64,000 bases of DNA from Acidobacteriota bacterium (GCA_963664705.1 OY761556.1:3872001-3936000), one strand, 5' to 3'. Positions 28,551-38,212 are shown, counted from the first letter of the stretch. The notes: generated from the letters alone by a model not told the origin. A program made the numbers and translations.

Positions 28551-29293
28551 AAGTATCTGGATTCATGACAAAAGTTTATCTGCTCATGGCATGGACCATC
28601 CTTTGGGCTTTCGCGCCTGATTGCATGGCAGAATCGCCTGCGGCCAGGAACAACAAAGGGAATCGCCTGTTTGACAAGGGCAAATATGAGGACGCCGAAA
28701 AGGCATATCTTTCAGCGCAGGGAGACGCCCCCGGCCAGCCTGAAATACTTTACAACCTTGGGAATTCGTTGATCAAACAGAAGAAGTGGAAGGAAGGAGA
28801 GCAGATACTCGGACAGGCGATTCACAAAGGAGACAAGACAGTCCAGGAAAAGAGCTGGTATAACACGGGCAATGCCCTGTTCTCAGCGGACGATTTCAAG
28901 GGCGCGTCCGACGCCTATATACAAGCGCTGAAGCTGAATCCCTCTGATGCAGATGCAAAACATAACCTGGAATTGGCACTGCTGAAGTTGCAGCAACAGG
29001 AGCAGCAGCAATCGGATAAAAACCAGAAGCAGAACTCATCAAAATCAAACAGAGATAAATCTTCAGACAACAGGGACTCGCAAAAAACGCCGCAGCAGAA
29101 GCAAAATCCCGGGGGGACGCAACAGGCTCAAAATCAGCCCCAGCAGTCCGGTGAATCCGCTCGGCACAACGAACCCATCAGCAAAGATCAGGCCATGCAG
29201 TTGCTGGACGCAGTTCAGAATCAGGAAAAAGAGGAGCAACGCAAAATGCTTGAGCGCCGGGCTACGGCGAGGGCAGGCGGCAAAGACTGGTAA
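28547..29293 (+). CDS. batC: TPR protein BatC
   Basis: YNLGN/YNTGN TPRs, AKHNLE, Q-rich linker, C-terminal KDW; ATGA overlap with batB. Confidence 0.88.
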   Translation: MKVSGFMTKVYLLMAWTILWAFAPDCMAESPAARNNKGNRLFDKGKYEDAEKAYLSAQGDAPGQPEILYNLGNSLIKQKKWKEGEQILGQAIHKGDKTVQEKSWYNTGNALFSADDFKGASDAYIQALKLNPSDADAKHNLELALLKLQQQEQQQSDKNQKQNSSKSNRDKSSDNRDSQKTPQQKQNPGGTQQAQNQPQQSGESARHNEPISKDQAMQLLDAVQNQEKEEQRKMLERRATARAGGKDW

Positions 29294-29303
29294 AACTAAT
29301 CGA

Positions 29304-29327
29304 GGATTGCAGATTGCGGATGGCAGA
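29304..29327. repeat. single 7-mer tandem arm between batC and batD
   Basis: GGATTGC-AGATTGC-GGATGGC-AGA. Confidence 0.55.
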
Positions 29328-29343
29328 GTTGAATAATCTGAAT

Positions 29344-31200
29344 ATGAAACGACTCCCGGTTGTTATTGGAATCTTCCTGGCTCTTGCAGGATTCGCCTAT
29401 GCGCAGGACACACAAGTAACGGCATCTATTGGCAGCGATTCCGTCGGCGTTCAGGATCAGTTCCAGCTTTCGATTACAGTTTCGGGAAAAGACAGTGGAG
29501 ATGCGGAAGCCCCCAGGTTTACATCCCTGAAAGAATTCCGGATCGTTTCCGGCCCTAACGTGAGTTCGCAATTCCAATGGATCAACGGCAGGACCAACAG
29601 CAGCAAAAGCTTCATCTACATTCTGATTCCGGAAAAAGAGGGGCAATTCACCATAGATCCGGTTGAGGTTCGGGTCGGCGGAAAGGTTTATAAAACTCAA
29701 CCGCTTCCGATCCGCGTAACCTCGGCCACTCCTCGCAGCGCCCCCCAACAGCGACAGCGCACGCCGGCTCCGCTGAATCCATTCGATCCGTTTGGCGAAG
29801 ATGAGGATATTGCACCCAGCCGACCCGCCGCCGATACCGTTCTGATGAAAGCCGAGCTTGATCGCAACTCTGCATACCCCGGGCAGCAGGTCACCCTGTC
29901 CTACCGTCTATACACTCAAGTCGGAATCAGCGGGATCCAACTCCAGGAAAATCCGCCGCTATCGGGATTCTGGGTCGAGGATCTCGAAGTTGAAAAGAAT
30001 CCCAAGGGTTCGCACCAGGTGATTAACGGGCGTGAGTACGTGGTTTTCACGATAAAAAAGCAAGCCCTGTTCGCAAACGGTTCCGGCAAACTGAGGATAC
30101 CCTCCAGCATCTTTGCAATATCCGCTCAGGCTGGAGGAAGCGTCTTTGGAGTATTCAGCCGTCCGGAAACACTGTATCGCAAGACTCAGGAACTGCAGTT
30201 GGACGTCAAGCCGTTCCCTTCCTCCGGGCGGCCAGCCGATTTCAACAATGCAGTGGGGTCCTATAGACTGAGCAGCAGTGTCGATAAGAATCAAGTTGCG
30301 ACCGGAGAGGCGATTGCCCTGCAGGTGAAGTTGGAGGGCCAGGGCAATTTGAAGATGATCCCGGACATTTCGCTCCCTGGATTACCCGACCTGACTGTCT
30401 ATTCTTCGAAGCACACCGATAACATGCATCCCTCGGCGGAAGACCAGATTGGGGGAAGCAAGACATGGGAATACGTATTGGTGCCTAAAGCTCCGGGCCG
30501 GCAGACTATTCCCGAAATTGCCTTCTCCTTTTTCAATCCACAACAGGAAAAGTATGAAACCGTCAGGACTGCAGCCATCGATCTCACTGTGGCGCGCGGA
30601 ACAGAAAACACTATTTCCGGCTTATCCGGAAGCGACAAGCAGGATCTGGTTCGAAGAGGGACAGACATTAACTTCATAAAGCTGAATGCCGACATCCTGC
30701 CACGGGAAGGAACGCCCTTTCATCGCAGCTATTGGATGTTCATTCTTGCAGCCATCCCTCTGGCAGTCAATGCAGGGCTGATCATCAATCAGAAAAGGCA
30801 ATCCCGGTTTTTGCTGGATTCCGCATCCTTCCGGAACCGCAGGGCCAGGCGTATGGCCCTGCAGCGATTGGGGGACGCAGGCAAAGACGCCCAAGAAGAT
30901 CCGCGGCGATTTTATGATGTAGCAGCCGCCGCCCTATCCGGTTATATCTCGGACAGGTTCAGCCTGACCGAAATCGATCTGACCGGCGACAACCTTGAAC
31001 GATCGCTTGCTCAGAAATCCATACCTCCCGGCACCATTCAGGAAACGATGGCTTGTCTGCAGGAATGCGACTTTGGGCGCTTCGTCAGTGCTTCCGCTTC
31101 CGAGGAAAAAATTCGGGAACTGATGGCGCGAATCCGCGCCAATGTTGATGACCTGGAAAGGAATAGCACTTCTACTTCTACATCACGGTTGAGAGCATGA
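29344..31200 (+). CDS. batD: BatD family protein
   Basis: Signal peptide, QWING, GFWVE, AVGSY, GQGNL, FFNP..EKY, C-terminal TM. Confidence 0.9.
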   Translation: MKRLPVVIGIFLALAGFAYAQDTQVTASIGSDSVGVQDQFQLSITVSGKDSGDAEAPRFTSLKEFRIVSGPNVSSQFQWINGRTNSSKSFIYILIPEKEGQFTIDPVEVRVGGKVYKTQPLPIRVTSATPRSAPQQRQRTPAPLNPFDPFGEDEDIAPSRPAADTVLMKAELDRNSAYPGQQVTLSYRLYTQVGISGIQLQENPPLSGFWVEDLEVEKNPKGSHQVINGREYVVFTIKKQALFANGSGKLRIPSSIFAISAQAGGSVFGVFSRPETLYRKTQELQLDVKPFPSSGRPADFNNAVGSYRLSSSVDKNQVATGEAIALQVKLEGQGNLKMIPDISLPGLPDLTVYSSKHTDNMHPSAEDQIGGSKTWEYVLVPKAPGRQTIPEIAFSFFNPQQEKYETVRTAAIDLTVARGTENTISGLSGSDKQDLVRRGTDINFIKLNADILPREGTPFHRSYWMFILAAIPLAVNAGLIINQKRQSRFLLDSASFRNRRARRMALQRLGDAGKDAQEDPRRFYDVAAAALSGYISDRFSLTEIDLTGDNLERSLAQKSIPPGTIQETMACLQECDFGRFVSASASEEKIRELMARIRANVDDLERNSTSTSTSRLRA

Positions 31201-31973
31201 AAACAGGCAGAGTATTTCTGGTTGGCTGGTTGTTGATTTTCCCATGTTTATGGTCAGGCTACGGGTCTTCAGCCGAAGATGCTTTGGCCAGGCTGTACGC
31301 CCAGGGCAATTCGGCATACCAGAAGAGCGACTATGCGGCGGCAGAGCAGTACTACCTTCAGATATTGAATGCGGGCGCGGAAAATGGCGCCGTTTATTAC
31401 AATCTTGGCAATGCCTGCTTTAAACAGAAGAAATTGGGAAATGCCATTTACTATTGGGAAAAGGCGCAGCAACTGAATCCGGCCGACCGTGATGTGCGGG
31501 AGAATCTGCAGCTTGCCAACCTGATGATTGTGGACCGAATCGAAACTCCTCCGGATCCGCTTCCCTTTCGATTTTTGGCCTCAATACAAGACATCCTATC
31601 CATCCGGCAGCAAAGCTGGCTCGTTCTTGCATTGTTTATGGGCGCCAATCTCTTCTTTACACTCTACCTGACGCTGAAATCTCGGAATGCCGAGCGGGCG
31701 GTTATCGCTTCCTTGGTTTTCGGAATTCTCTTCATTCTTTTCGCAGGTTCACTGGCATGGAAGGTCTACCAAAGGGATTATTCCAGGCGGGCAATTGTAA
31801 TTGAACAAAAAGCAGATGTCCGAAGCGGACCAGGCCAGGAAAACATATCGGTCTTCACAATCCATGAGGGGATTAAGGTCCGTGTGCTCGGGGCAGCAGG
31901 CGGGTGGTATCAGGTCAGCCTTCCCAACGGCTGGAACGGATGGCTCCCGCAGAATTACCTGCGAATTCTCTAA
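31197..31973 (+). CDS. batE: BatE-like TPR plus SH3 protein
   Basis: YYNLGNA TPR, TMs, VRSGP...IHEG.KV...GWNGW SH3b. Confidence 0.88.
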   Translation: MKTGRVFLVGWLLIFPCLWSGYGSSAEDALARLYAQGNSAYQKSDYAAAEQYYLQILNAGAENGAVYYNLGNACFKQKKLGNAIYYWEKAQQLNPADRDVRENLQLANLMIVDRIETPPDPLPFRFLASIQDILSIRQQSWLVLALFMGANLFFTLYLTLKSRNAERAVIASLVFGILFILFAGSLAWKVYQRDYSRRAIVIEQKADVRSGPGQENISVFTIHEGIKVRVLGAAGGWYQVSLPNGWNGWLPQNYLRIL

Positions 31974-31996
31974 AACACAAAACACGCGAAAAGGAG

Positions 31997-33208
31997 CTAA
32001 GCGACTCCAATTGGAATGACACTCAGCTCAAGGATGTCTTTATTCTCCTTTATCAATTCCTCAAGCATTTCGGGAGATGGTTCTCGCTCCAGGTGAATTT
32101 TTGCAATGGCGGCTTCCGCGCCCTCAAAGATTACATTATCCATTTCCTGGACGTTGATCCTTGCCGTACTGATCGCATTCAGCACAGTCGCCAGAACGCC
32201 GGGACGATCATAATGCCGAACCGCAAGGACACAGGTCGCCGGTGTGCGCTGAGCCAGGTTTACGGCATTCGGCACTCCGCCGCTCTCCATATAGGTTTTG
32301 ACTATACGAACGGTCTCAGCCGCAATAGCCTCCTGTGCCTGCTCGGTTGATGCTCCGATATGATGGGTTCCATTGAATCCGGGTTCCCTTGTAATGGATG
32401 CATCAAACTCCCCCGTCCCGGAGGAAGGCTCGCCGGCATAAACATCCAATCCCACGCGAATCCCTTTTTCCACCATTGCGGATTGGAGCGCAGCCTGGTC
32501 CACAACTTCTCCCCTGGAAGTATTGATGAAATACGAGCCGGGATGCATGGCGGCAAAAAAGTCGGAACCGATCATTCCGCGTGTTTCTTCCGTCAGCGCA
32601 ATGTGGACACTGACAATATCGGAACATGCCGCCAGTTTCAGCGGAGAGGATACGTAGCTAATCCCCATGTCTATCGCCTGCTGCACATTGAGACGTCTGC
32701 TCCAGGCTGCGACCGGCATCCCAAATGCCTTTGCTCGAATGATTACTTCCTGTGCAATCTGCCCAACACCAATCAGCCCCAGTCTGCGACCGAACAAACC
32801 GCGAGCTTTGGAAAATTCCGCCTTGTTCCATTTCCCGGCGCGCAGAGAAATGACGCTATCCACAATTCGACGATCCAGAGCGAGAATCAGGGCAAACGTA
32901 AGCTCCGCAACGGCGATGGAATTCTTGCCCGGACAGTTGGAAACGAATATGCCGCGCTTTGAAGCTGCAGGGACATCGATAGTGTTGTACCCCGCCCCGG
33001 CGCGAACAACGAGTTTGAGAGGTTCAACCGCAAGCATATCCGCGGTAACTTTAGCCGAACGAACAATCAGGACATCAGGCTTTGACCGCTGCATCTCCTC
33101 GAGCAGTGGTTGATCCTTAAGCTTTGGCTGGTATAAAACTTCGCATCCCAGAGAAATCAAGCCTTCCCTGCCGGACGATTCAAACTGATCTGCGATGAGT
33201 ACGCGCAT
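31997..33208 (-). CDS. serA: D-3-phosphoglycerate dehydrogenase-like protein with ACT domain
   Basis: RAGAGYNTID, NSIAVAE, GVGQIA, INTSRG, HIGASTEQAQ, DRPGVL. Confidence 0.85.
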   Translation of the reverse strand: MRVLIADQFESSGREGLISLGCEVLYQPKLKDQPLLEEMQRSKPDVLIVRSAKVTADMLAVEPLKLVVRAGAGYNTIDVPAASKRGIFVSNCPGKNSIAVAELTFALILALDRRIVDSVISLRAGKWNKAEFSKARGLFGRRLGLIGVGQIAQEVIIRAKAFGMPVAAWSRRLNVQQAIDMGISYVSSPLKLAACSDIVSVHIALTEETRGMIGSDFFAAMHPGSYFINTSRGEVVDQAALQSAMVEKGIRVGLDVYAGEPSSGTGEFDASITREPGFNGTHHIGASTEQAQEAIAAETVRIVKTYMESGGVPNAVNLAQRTPATCVLAVRHYDRPGVLATVLNAISTARINVQEMDNVIFEGAEAAIAKIHLEREPSPEMLEELIKENKDILELSVIPIGVA

Positions 33209-33327
33209 ATTGTTCCTCCCGAGAGGACGCCAGTTCTTTTGAGTATACCAAAGCTCTAATTGCGTTTGCATTCTGTCTGCCGGCGGGCGGTGGTAAAATG
33301 GTGCGGCCTGACTGGAGATGAAATGCC

Positions 33328-33522
33328 ATGCCCCTTTATGAATTTGAGTGTTTGCAGTGCGGCGCCGAATTTGAGGCGCTTGTACTCAAATCATCAGACA
33401 GGGAAGAAATTAAGTGCCCGAAATGCAGCGGCCGGAAGCTCGAGGAATTGCTTTCTACATTTGCCTCCGGTTCCGGCGACTGCGCACAAGACAGTGGTGG
33501 AGGATGAGGGCTGCCGCACTAA
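33328..33522 (+). CDS. FmdB-family zinc-ribbon protein, probable selenoprotein (UGA at 33505-33507)
   Basis: Not in the ORF track: MPLYEFECLQC...CPKC...STFASGSGDCAQDSGGG-UGA-GLPH-TAA; RBS GGAG; ends at 33507 if UGA is a stop. Confidence 0.85.
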
Positions 33523-33537
33523 ACGGCCGTGATGCCG
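33508..33537 (+). promoter_or_regulatory. candidate bacterial SECIS hairpin
   Basis: CGGC-CGTGAT-GCCG stem-loop starting 17 nt after the UGA, with G at loop position 2; short stem. Confidence 0.4.
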
Positions 33538-33567
33538 CAATTCAATTGCTTAGAGAGGATTATTCCC

Positions 33568-33957
33568 ATGGAAATGGTTGTCAGTTTTCCCGGAGGGGCT
33601 CGGGTAAATGCCCAGTTCGAGTCCTTTACAGTTGAGACCGATCAGCCCCGACCCGGAGGAGAGGGCGCCGCGCCTACTCCCTTCCAGTTGTTTTTCGCGT
33701 CGATGGCAACATGTGCGGGCGCGTATATTGCGGGATTCTGCCAAAAACGCGGAATTCCGACAGAAGGGATCAAGCTAATCCAAACATTGGATCGGGATCC
33801 GGCAACCAAAATGGTTACAAAGGTGAAGCAGGTTATTCAGCTTCCGCCGGATTTTCCCAGCCAATACACTTCGGCGGTAATGAAGGCGGCAGAGGGATGT
33901 CTCGTGAAGAAGCATCTTGAACATCCGCCTGCTTTTGAAGTCGTTACAAATCTTTAG
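33568..33957 (+). CDS. OsmC family protein
   Basis: TDQP..GGEG.APTPFQLF.AS.ATCAG; second Cys in C.VKKHL. Confidence 0.9.
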   Translation: MEMVVSFPGGARVNAQFESFTVETDQPRPGGEGAAPTPFQLFFASMATCAGAYIAGFCQKRGIPTEGIKLIQTLDRDPATKMVTKVKQVIQLPPDFPSQYTSAVMKAAEGCLVKKHLEHPPAFEVVTNL

Positions 33958-34030
33958 TTGTCTGAATTATTTCGCCGGTTGCAGGCCGCGGACTAAGATG
34001 GAATTTCGATCTGCAGCCTGTAACCGCGAT

Positions 34031-36373
34031 TCAGTTCTTCACCCACCAAAGGGTACCGTAGGCGGTATCCTCGAGTACGATATTTCTCTTTTTAAGATCT
34101 TCTCGAATTCTATCAGCCTCGTCATAATCCTTCCGATCGCGCGCCTCTTCTCTCTCTGCAACCAAAGCCTCGACCTCCGGGTCTTCGGTTTCGGCCCCGG
34201 CAGGATTAAAATCGACGATAGCGAGGACAGCGTGGATTTTGCCGAAAGCATCCAGAATCAGCGCTGCATCTCTCGCGGAAATGCCTTCGCGGGTAAGACT
34301 CTGATTCACCTTCCGAATGAATGAAAAAACCGCCCCCAGGGCCATCGGCACATTCAGATCCGCTTCCATTGCCGATTCAAACGATACAAGCATTTCCTCC
34401 GTGACTCCCCGTATCGCATCGGTTTCGCCGCCCTCCTGACAGCGGCGCAGCTTTCCGACAAAGGCATCGATTCTATTCAGTGCGGCTCGCGCAGCTCGCA
34501 GTTTTTCCTCCGAATAGGACAATGGCTGACGGTAGTGAGTGGAGAGAAGGAGATAGCGGACATCACGGGCGCTGAATCCCAGATTCAGAATATCCTTCAG
34601 GGTTGCGGCATTGCCAGACGACCGCGACATCTTTCGTCCCCCGGCCAGCACGAGTTCGGAATGCACCCAGTATCGCGCGGGCCCCTTGCCATACAAAGAT
34701 TCGCATTGGGCAATTTCATTGTCGTTATGCGGGAAGAGAATATCGCTGCCGCTGGTGTGAATATCGAACTCCTCACCAAGAAATCGCGTAGACATGGCCG
34801 CACACTGCACATGCCAGCTGGGCCGCACATTGCCCCAGTCGGTTTCATAGAAAATATCTCTTGCCATCTCGGCCAGCGTGGCGCGCTTGAAAAGGGTAAA
34901 ATCCCGCGGATCATCTTTATCGTATTCATCGAGATCGACGGTAGCACCGACTTTGATTTTCGACAGATTCAAACCGCTCAGCGCCCCATACCGGGGGAAC
35001 TTGCCGATATCAAAGTAAACGCTGCGAAGCCTTTCATAGGCATATCCCTTATTCATGAGCTGCCGCGTAAACGCGACCATATCGTCCACATGTTCGGAGG
35101 TTCTCGGATATTTCCAGGCACGCTTTACGGAAAGCTTCTCCAGGCAATCCATAAACTCATCGGCATAGTTGTCCGTGAGTTCCTTCAGCGAAATCCCCTG
35201 CTTGATGGACTCCTGGATTGTGTTGTCGTCAAGGTCCGTCACGTTCATGACATGCTTGACGTCGTAGCCGCAATATTCGAGCCAGCGGCGCAGGCTATCG
35301 CCAACCACAACCCGTCGAAGCAAACCCAGGGTGGGTTCCGCATTTACTGTCGGTCCGCAGGAATACATCGATACTTTCCCGGGAATCAGCGGCTGAAAGA
35401 CTCTCTGTGCCCTGGTCAGAGTGTCGTACAGCTCGAGTTTCGGCTCACGGCGGGCTACCGCGACCGATGTCCTGAAAAGAGTAGTGCTGAGATAACGCTC
35501 TCCGCCATCCGGCAGGATCACAACAATAACGCCATGCGACAGCTGTTTTGCCAGTTGAAGACCGACATAGGCGGCGGCTCCGGAACTCATTCCAACAAAC
35601 AAGCCTTCTTCCCGGGCCAGCAGACGTGACGTCGCGTATGCATCTTCATCCTTGATATTGATCTTTTCCGTCAGGCATTTCCGATCAAAGATGCCGGGCC
35701 GGTAGGCCTCCTTCATGTTTTTAAGCCCCTGGATCTTGTGTCCGAGATACGGCTCCACTCCCATAATCCGGATTTCAGGATTCAGCTCTTTCAGACGCCG
35801 GCTCATGCCCATCAGTGTCCCGGAAGTTCCCATCGTGGCCACAAGATGGGTAATTCGGCCGCCTGTCTGCTCCCAGACCTCCAAAGCCGTTCCGTTGTAA
35901 TGAGCCAACGGGTTCGCAGGATTGTTGTACTGGTCGGGAATATAATATTTACCTGGTTCTTTTCTTTGCAGGCGGTAAACGGCCTCAATCGCCCCATCGG
36001 TTCCGAGTCGTGCGGGCGTTCGCAGGAAATCGGCGCCGAGCGCCGAGAGAATCTGGCAACGTTCCTGGCTGACGGCTTCACTCATCGCCAAAAGAACTTT
36101 GTAGCCCTTGACGGTTCCAACCAGAGCCAGTCCTATCCCGGTATTTCCGCTTGTAGCTTCGAGGATTACCTTGTCTCGAGTAAGATCTCCCGCCGCTTCG
36201 GCCGCCTCAATCATGGACTTTGCGACGCGGTCCTTCACGGATCCGCCAGGGTTTGCGGACTCGATCTTTGCCCAGATTTCTACATTAGGATTTGGAGAAA
36301 TTCGCTGGAAGCGAACCAGAGGAGTATTTCCAATAAGGCCAAGAGCACCATCTGCAAATATTGGAGCTTTCAT
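34031..36373 (-). CDS. cysS: cysteine synthase (CysM/K) fused to cysteinyl-tRNA synthetase
   Basis: N-terminal NPGGSVKDR, EATSGNTG, GTSGT; C-terminal YSCGPTV, DFTLFK, RPSWHVQC, FPHNDNE, KMSRS, ADRIR; single uninterrupted frame. Confidence 0.93.
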   Translation of the reverse strand: MKAPIFADGALGLIGNTPLVRFQRISPNPNVEIWAKIESANPGGSVKDRVAKSMIEAAEAAGDLTRDKVILEATSGNTGIGLALVGTVKGYKVLLAMSEAVSQERCQILSALGADFLRTPARLGTDGAIEAVYRLQRKEPGKYYIPDQYNNPANPLAHYNGTALEVWEQTGGRITHLVATMGTSGTLMGMSRRLKELNPEIRIMGVEPYLGHKIQGLKNMKEAYRPGIFDRKCLTEKINIKDEDAYATSRLLAREEGLFVGMSSGAAAYVGLQLAKQLSHGVIVVILPDGGERYLSTTLFRTSVAVARREPKLELYDTLTRAQRVFQPLIPGKVSMYSCGPTVNAEPTLGLLRRVVVGDSLRRWLEYCGYDVKHVMNVTDLDDNTIQESIKQGISLKELTDNYADEFMDCLEKLSVKRAWKYPRTSEHVDDMVAFTRQLMNKGYAYERLRSVYFDIGKFPRYGALSGLNLSKIKVGATVDLDEYDKDDPRDFTLFKRATLAEMARDIFYETDWGNVRPSWHVQCAAMSTRFLGEEFDIHTSGSDILFPHNDNEIAQCESLYGKGPARYWVHSELVLAGGRKMSRSSGNAATLKDILNLGFSARDVRYLLLSTHYRQPLSYSEEKLRAARAALNRIDAFVGKLRRCQEGGETDAIRGVTEEMLVSFESAMEADLNVPMALGAVFSFIRKVNQSLTREGISARDAALILDAFGKIHAVLAIVDFNPAGAETEDPEVEALVAEREEARDRKDYDEADRIREDLKKRNIVLEDTAYGTLWWVKN

Positions 36374-36511
36374 GATAGCGAAGGCTATCACGGAGAAGCT
36401 TTTACGTCCACCATCTGCGGAGCTGGAAATTTCTCTTCACGATGCAAGCCGGGTTCGTTATTGCGGTGGGATGGTGTATAGGCTAGGATCATCATCCTGG
36501 AAAGGAAAAAA

Positions 36512-37519
36512 ATGGGCGTTCCGATTTCACAAATGCTGGCGGTTTCCGGTTATGTTCTCAAGCAGAAGCTGTCGGGAAAGAAAAAATATCCACTCGTGCT
36601 TATGCTCGAGCCCTTGTTTCGCTGCAACCTGGCCTGTGCCGGCTGTGGAAAAATCCAGTATTCCGCGGATGTTCTGAGACAGCATCTTACGCCGGAGCAA
36701 TGCTTCAAAGCAGCTCAGGAGTGCGGCGCCCCGATGATCAGTATTCCGGGAGGAGAACCGCTGCTGCATCCCCAGATCGCCGAGATTGTCCAGGGGTTTG
36801 TGGATCGCAGGAAATACGTCTATTTGTGTACCAATGGCCTTATCCTTAAAGAAAAACTCTCCATCTTCAAACCAAGCAAATACTTTACCATCAATGTCCA
36901 TCTGGATGGGCAAAAGCAGTTCCATGACCGGTCCGTCTGCCGTGATGGGGTGTACGATACTGCCGTGGAGGCAATTCGGGAAGCGCTTCGTCGCGGCTTC
37001 CGAGTCACGACCAACACCACCCTGTTCAACAATGCCGATCCAAACAGCATGCGAGCATTCTTTGATGAGATGATGGGAATTAGAGTCGAAGGGATGACTC
37101 TGTCCCCCGGATATTCCTACGAGAAAGCCCCTGATCAACAGCACTTTCTGGGCACCACGGAAACCCGCCGGCTTTTCTCGCAGATTCTCGGAAACAGGAA
37201 AAAATCCTGGAAATTCAACCAAAGCCCGCTCTTTCTTGAATTCCTGATGGGGGTGCGCAATTATGCCTGCACTCCATGGGGCATGCCCAGCTACAGCCTT
37301 TTCGGATGGCAAAGGCCGTGTTACCTGCTGCAGGAGGGATATTTCCAGAGCTATGCAGAACTCCTGGAAAAAACGGAGTGGAACAAATACGGCTCCGAAT
37401 CGGGTAATGCCCGCTGCGCCAATTGCATGGTTCACAGCGGCTACGAAGCCAGTGCCGTGAATGACACGTTCAGCTCCCTGAAAGGCCTGTTCGACACCAT
37501 CCGGGCAATGCTCCGCTAG
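36512..37519 (+). CDS. hpnH: adenosyl-hopene transferase (radical SAM)
   Basis: YPLVLMLEPLFRCNLACAGCGKI, FNQSPLFL, CTPWG, CANCMVHSGYE. Confidence 0.95.
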   Translation: MGVPISQMLAVSGYVLKQKLSGKKKYPLVLMLEPLFRCNLACAGCGKIQYSADVLRQHLTPEQCFKAAQECGAPMISIPGGEPLLHPQIAEIVQGFVDRRKYVYLCTNGLILKEKLSIFKPSKYFTINVHLDGQKQFHDRSVCRDGVYDTAVEAIREALRRGFRVTTNTTLFNNADPNSMRAFFDEMMGIRVEGMTLSPGYSYEKAPDQQHFLGTTETRRLFSQILGNRKKSWKFNQSPLFLEFLMGVRNYACTPWGMPSYSLFGWQRPCYLLQEGYFQSYAELLEKTEWNKYGSESGNARCANCMVHSGYEASAVNDTFSSLKGLFDTIRAMLR

Positions 37520-37664
37520 GATCGTGCCTGGAGATCAGGACACGTTCCTGGTGATTCGTCCACGCCCCATTCCCAAATCCTCCAACTCAATCGGAAATCT
37601 TTGAGCCGATTCATCCCATTTTTTCGCATTCCTGCCTGAGAAGTATTTATAAAAAGGAGGATCC

Positions 37665-38165
37665 ATGAAATCCTTGATCATTTTTGTCATCAGCTTATCC
37701 CTTGTGGCAGGATCCGCCATTGCACAAGATGGAGACCACTCGCCGGCTAAAAATCGATGGAATGGCTATGTGGGCTGGGGAGCCAGCTTTTTTCCGAACA
37801 ATTCCAATCAGACAGGCGGGAATTTTGGTTTAGGCGCGGATTTCCTGATTAGAAGCGGCCTGGGCGTGAATGGAGAGGTTCTGATTGTGGCTTCGCGATA
37901 TGACGCAGCCGGAATGGTATCGATGAATGGCGTTTATCAGTTCCTACGAAGTCCATACCGGCAAAAAGGCTTTGTGCCCTTTGTCACCGCCGGCGTAACC
38001 GCGGCCTCCGTCGGGGAAGGATCCGGGTTCACCGGAGGCAATATCGGCGGAGGAGCGCATTGGTGGTTTCGTGAGCGTATTGGACTGCGGATGGAGGCTC
38101 GCGATCACATCTTCTCCGGCAACAATAACTGGTTAATCGTTCGCCTGGGGCTCGTCTTCCGCTAG
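37665..38165 (+). CDS. small outer-membrane beta-barrel protein
   Basis: Signal peptide, amphipathic strands, PFVTAG, GLRMEARD, aromatic C-terminus. Confidence 0.8.
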   Translation: MKSLIIFVISLSLVAGSAIAQDGDHSPAKNRWNGYVGWGASFFPNNSNQTGGNFGLGADFLIRSGLGVNGEVLIVASRYDAAGMVSMNGVYQFLRSPYRQKGFVPFVTAGVTAASVGEGSGFTGGNIGGGAHWWFRERIGLRMEARDHIFSGNNNWLIVRLGLVFR

Positions 38166-38177
38166 GTCCATGGCTTG

Positions 38178-38206
38178 GGAGGCTTCGAGGTTTCCTCAAA
38201 GCCTCC
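38178..38206. terminator. hairpin between convergent genes
   Basis: GGAGGCTT-C-GAGG-TTT-CCTC-A-AAGCCTCC. Confidence 0.6.
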
Positions 38207-38212
38207 TGAATT

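Noticed and set aside
23342-31973. moxR-DUF58-batABCDE as a novel system
   Set aside because: Well-known conserved operon; only its junction elements are unusual
31972-31994. AAAACACAAAACACGCGAAAAGG as another repeat arm
   Set aside because: Too short and degenerate, with no partner arm
33260-33635. Track ORFs 33260-33532 and 33414-33635
   Set aside because: Wrong frames; the FmdB zinc-ribbon frame from 33328 explains the region
34535-35629. 364-aa plus-strand ORF
   Set aside because: Antisense shadow of the Cys synthase::CysRS gene, no motifs
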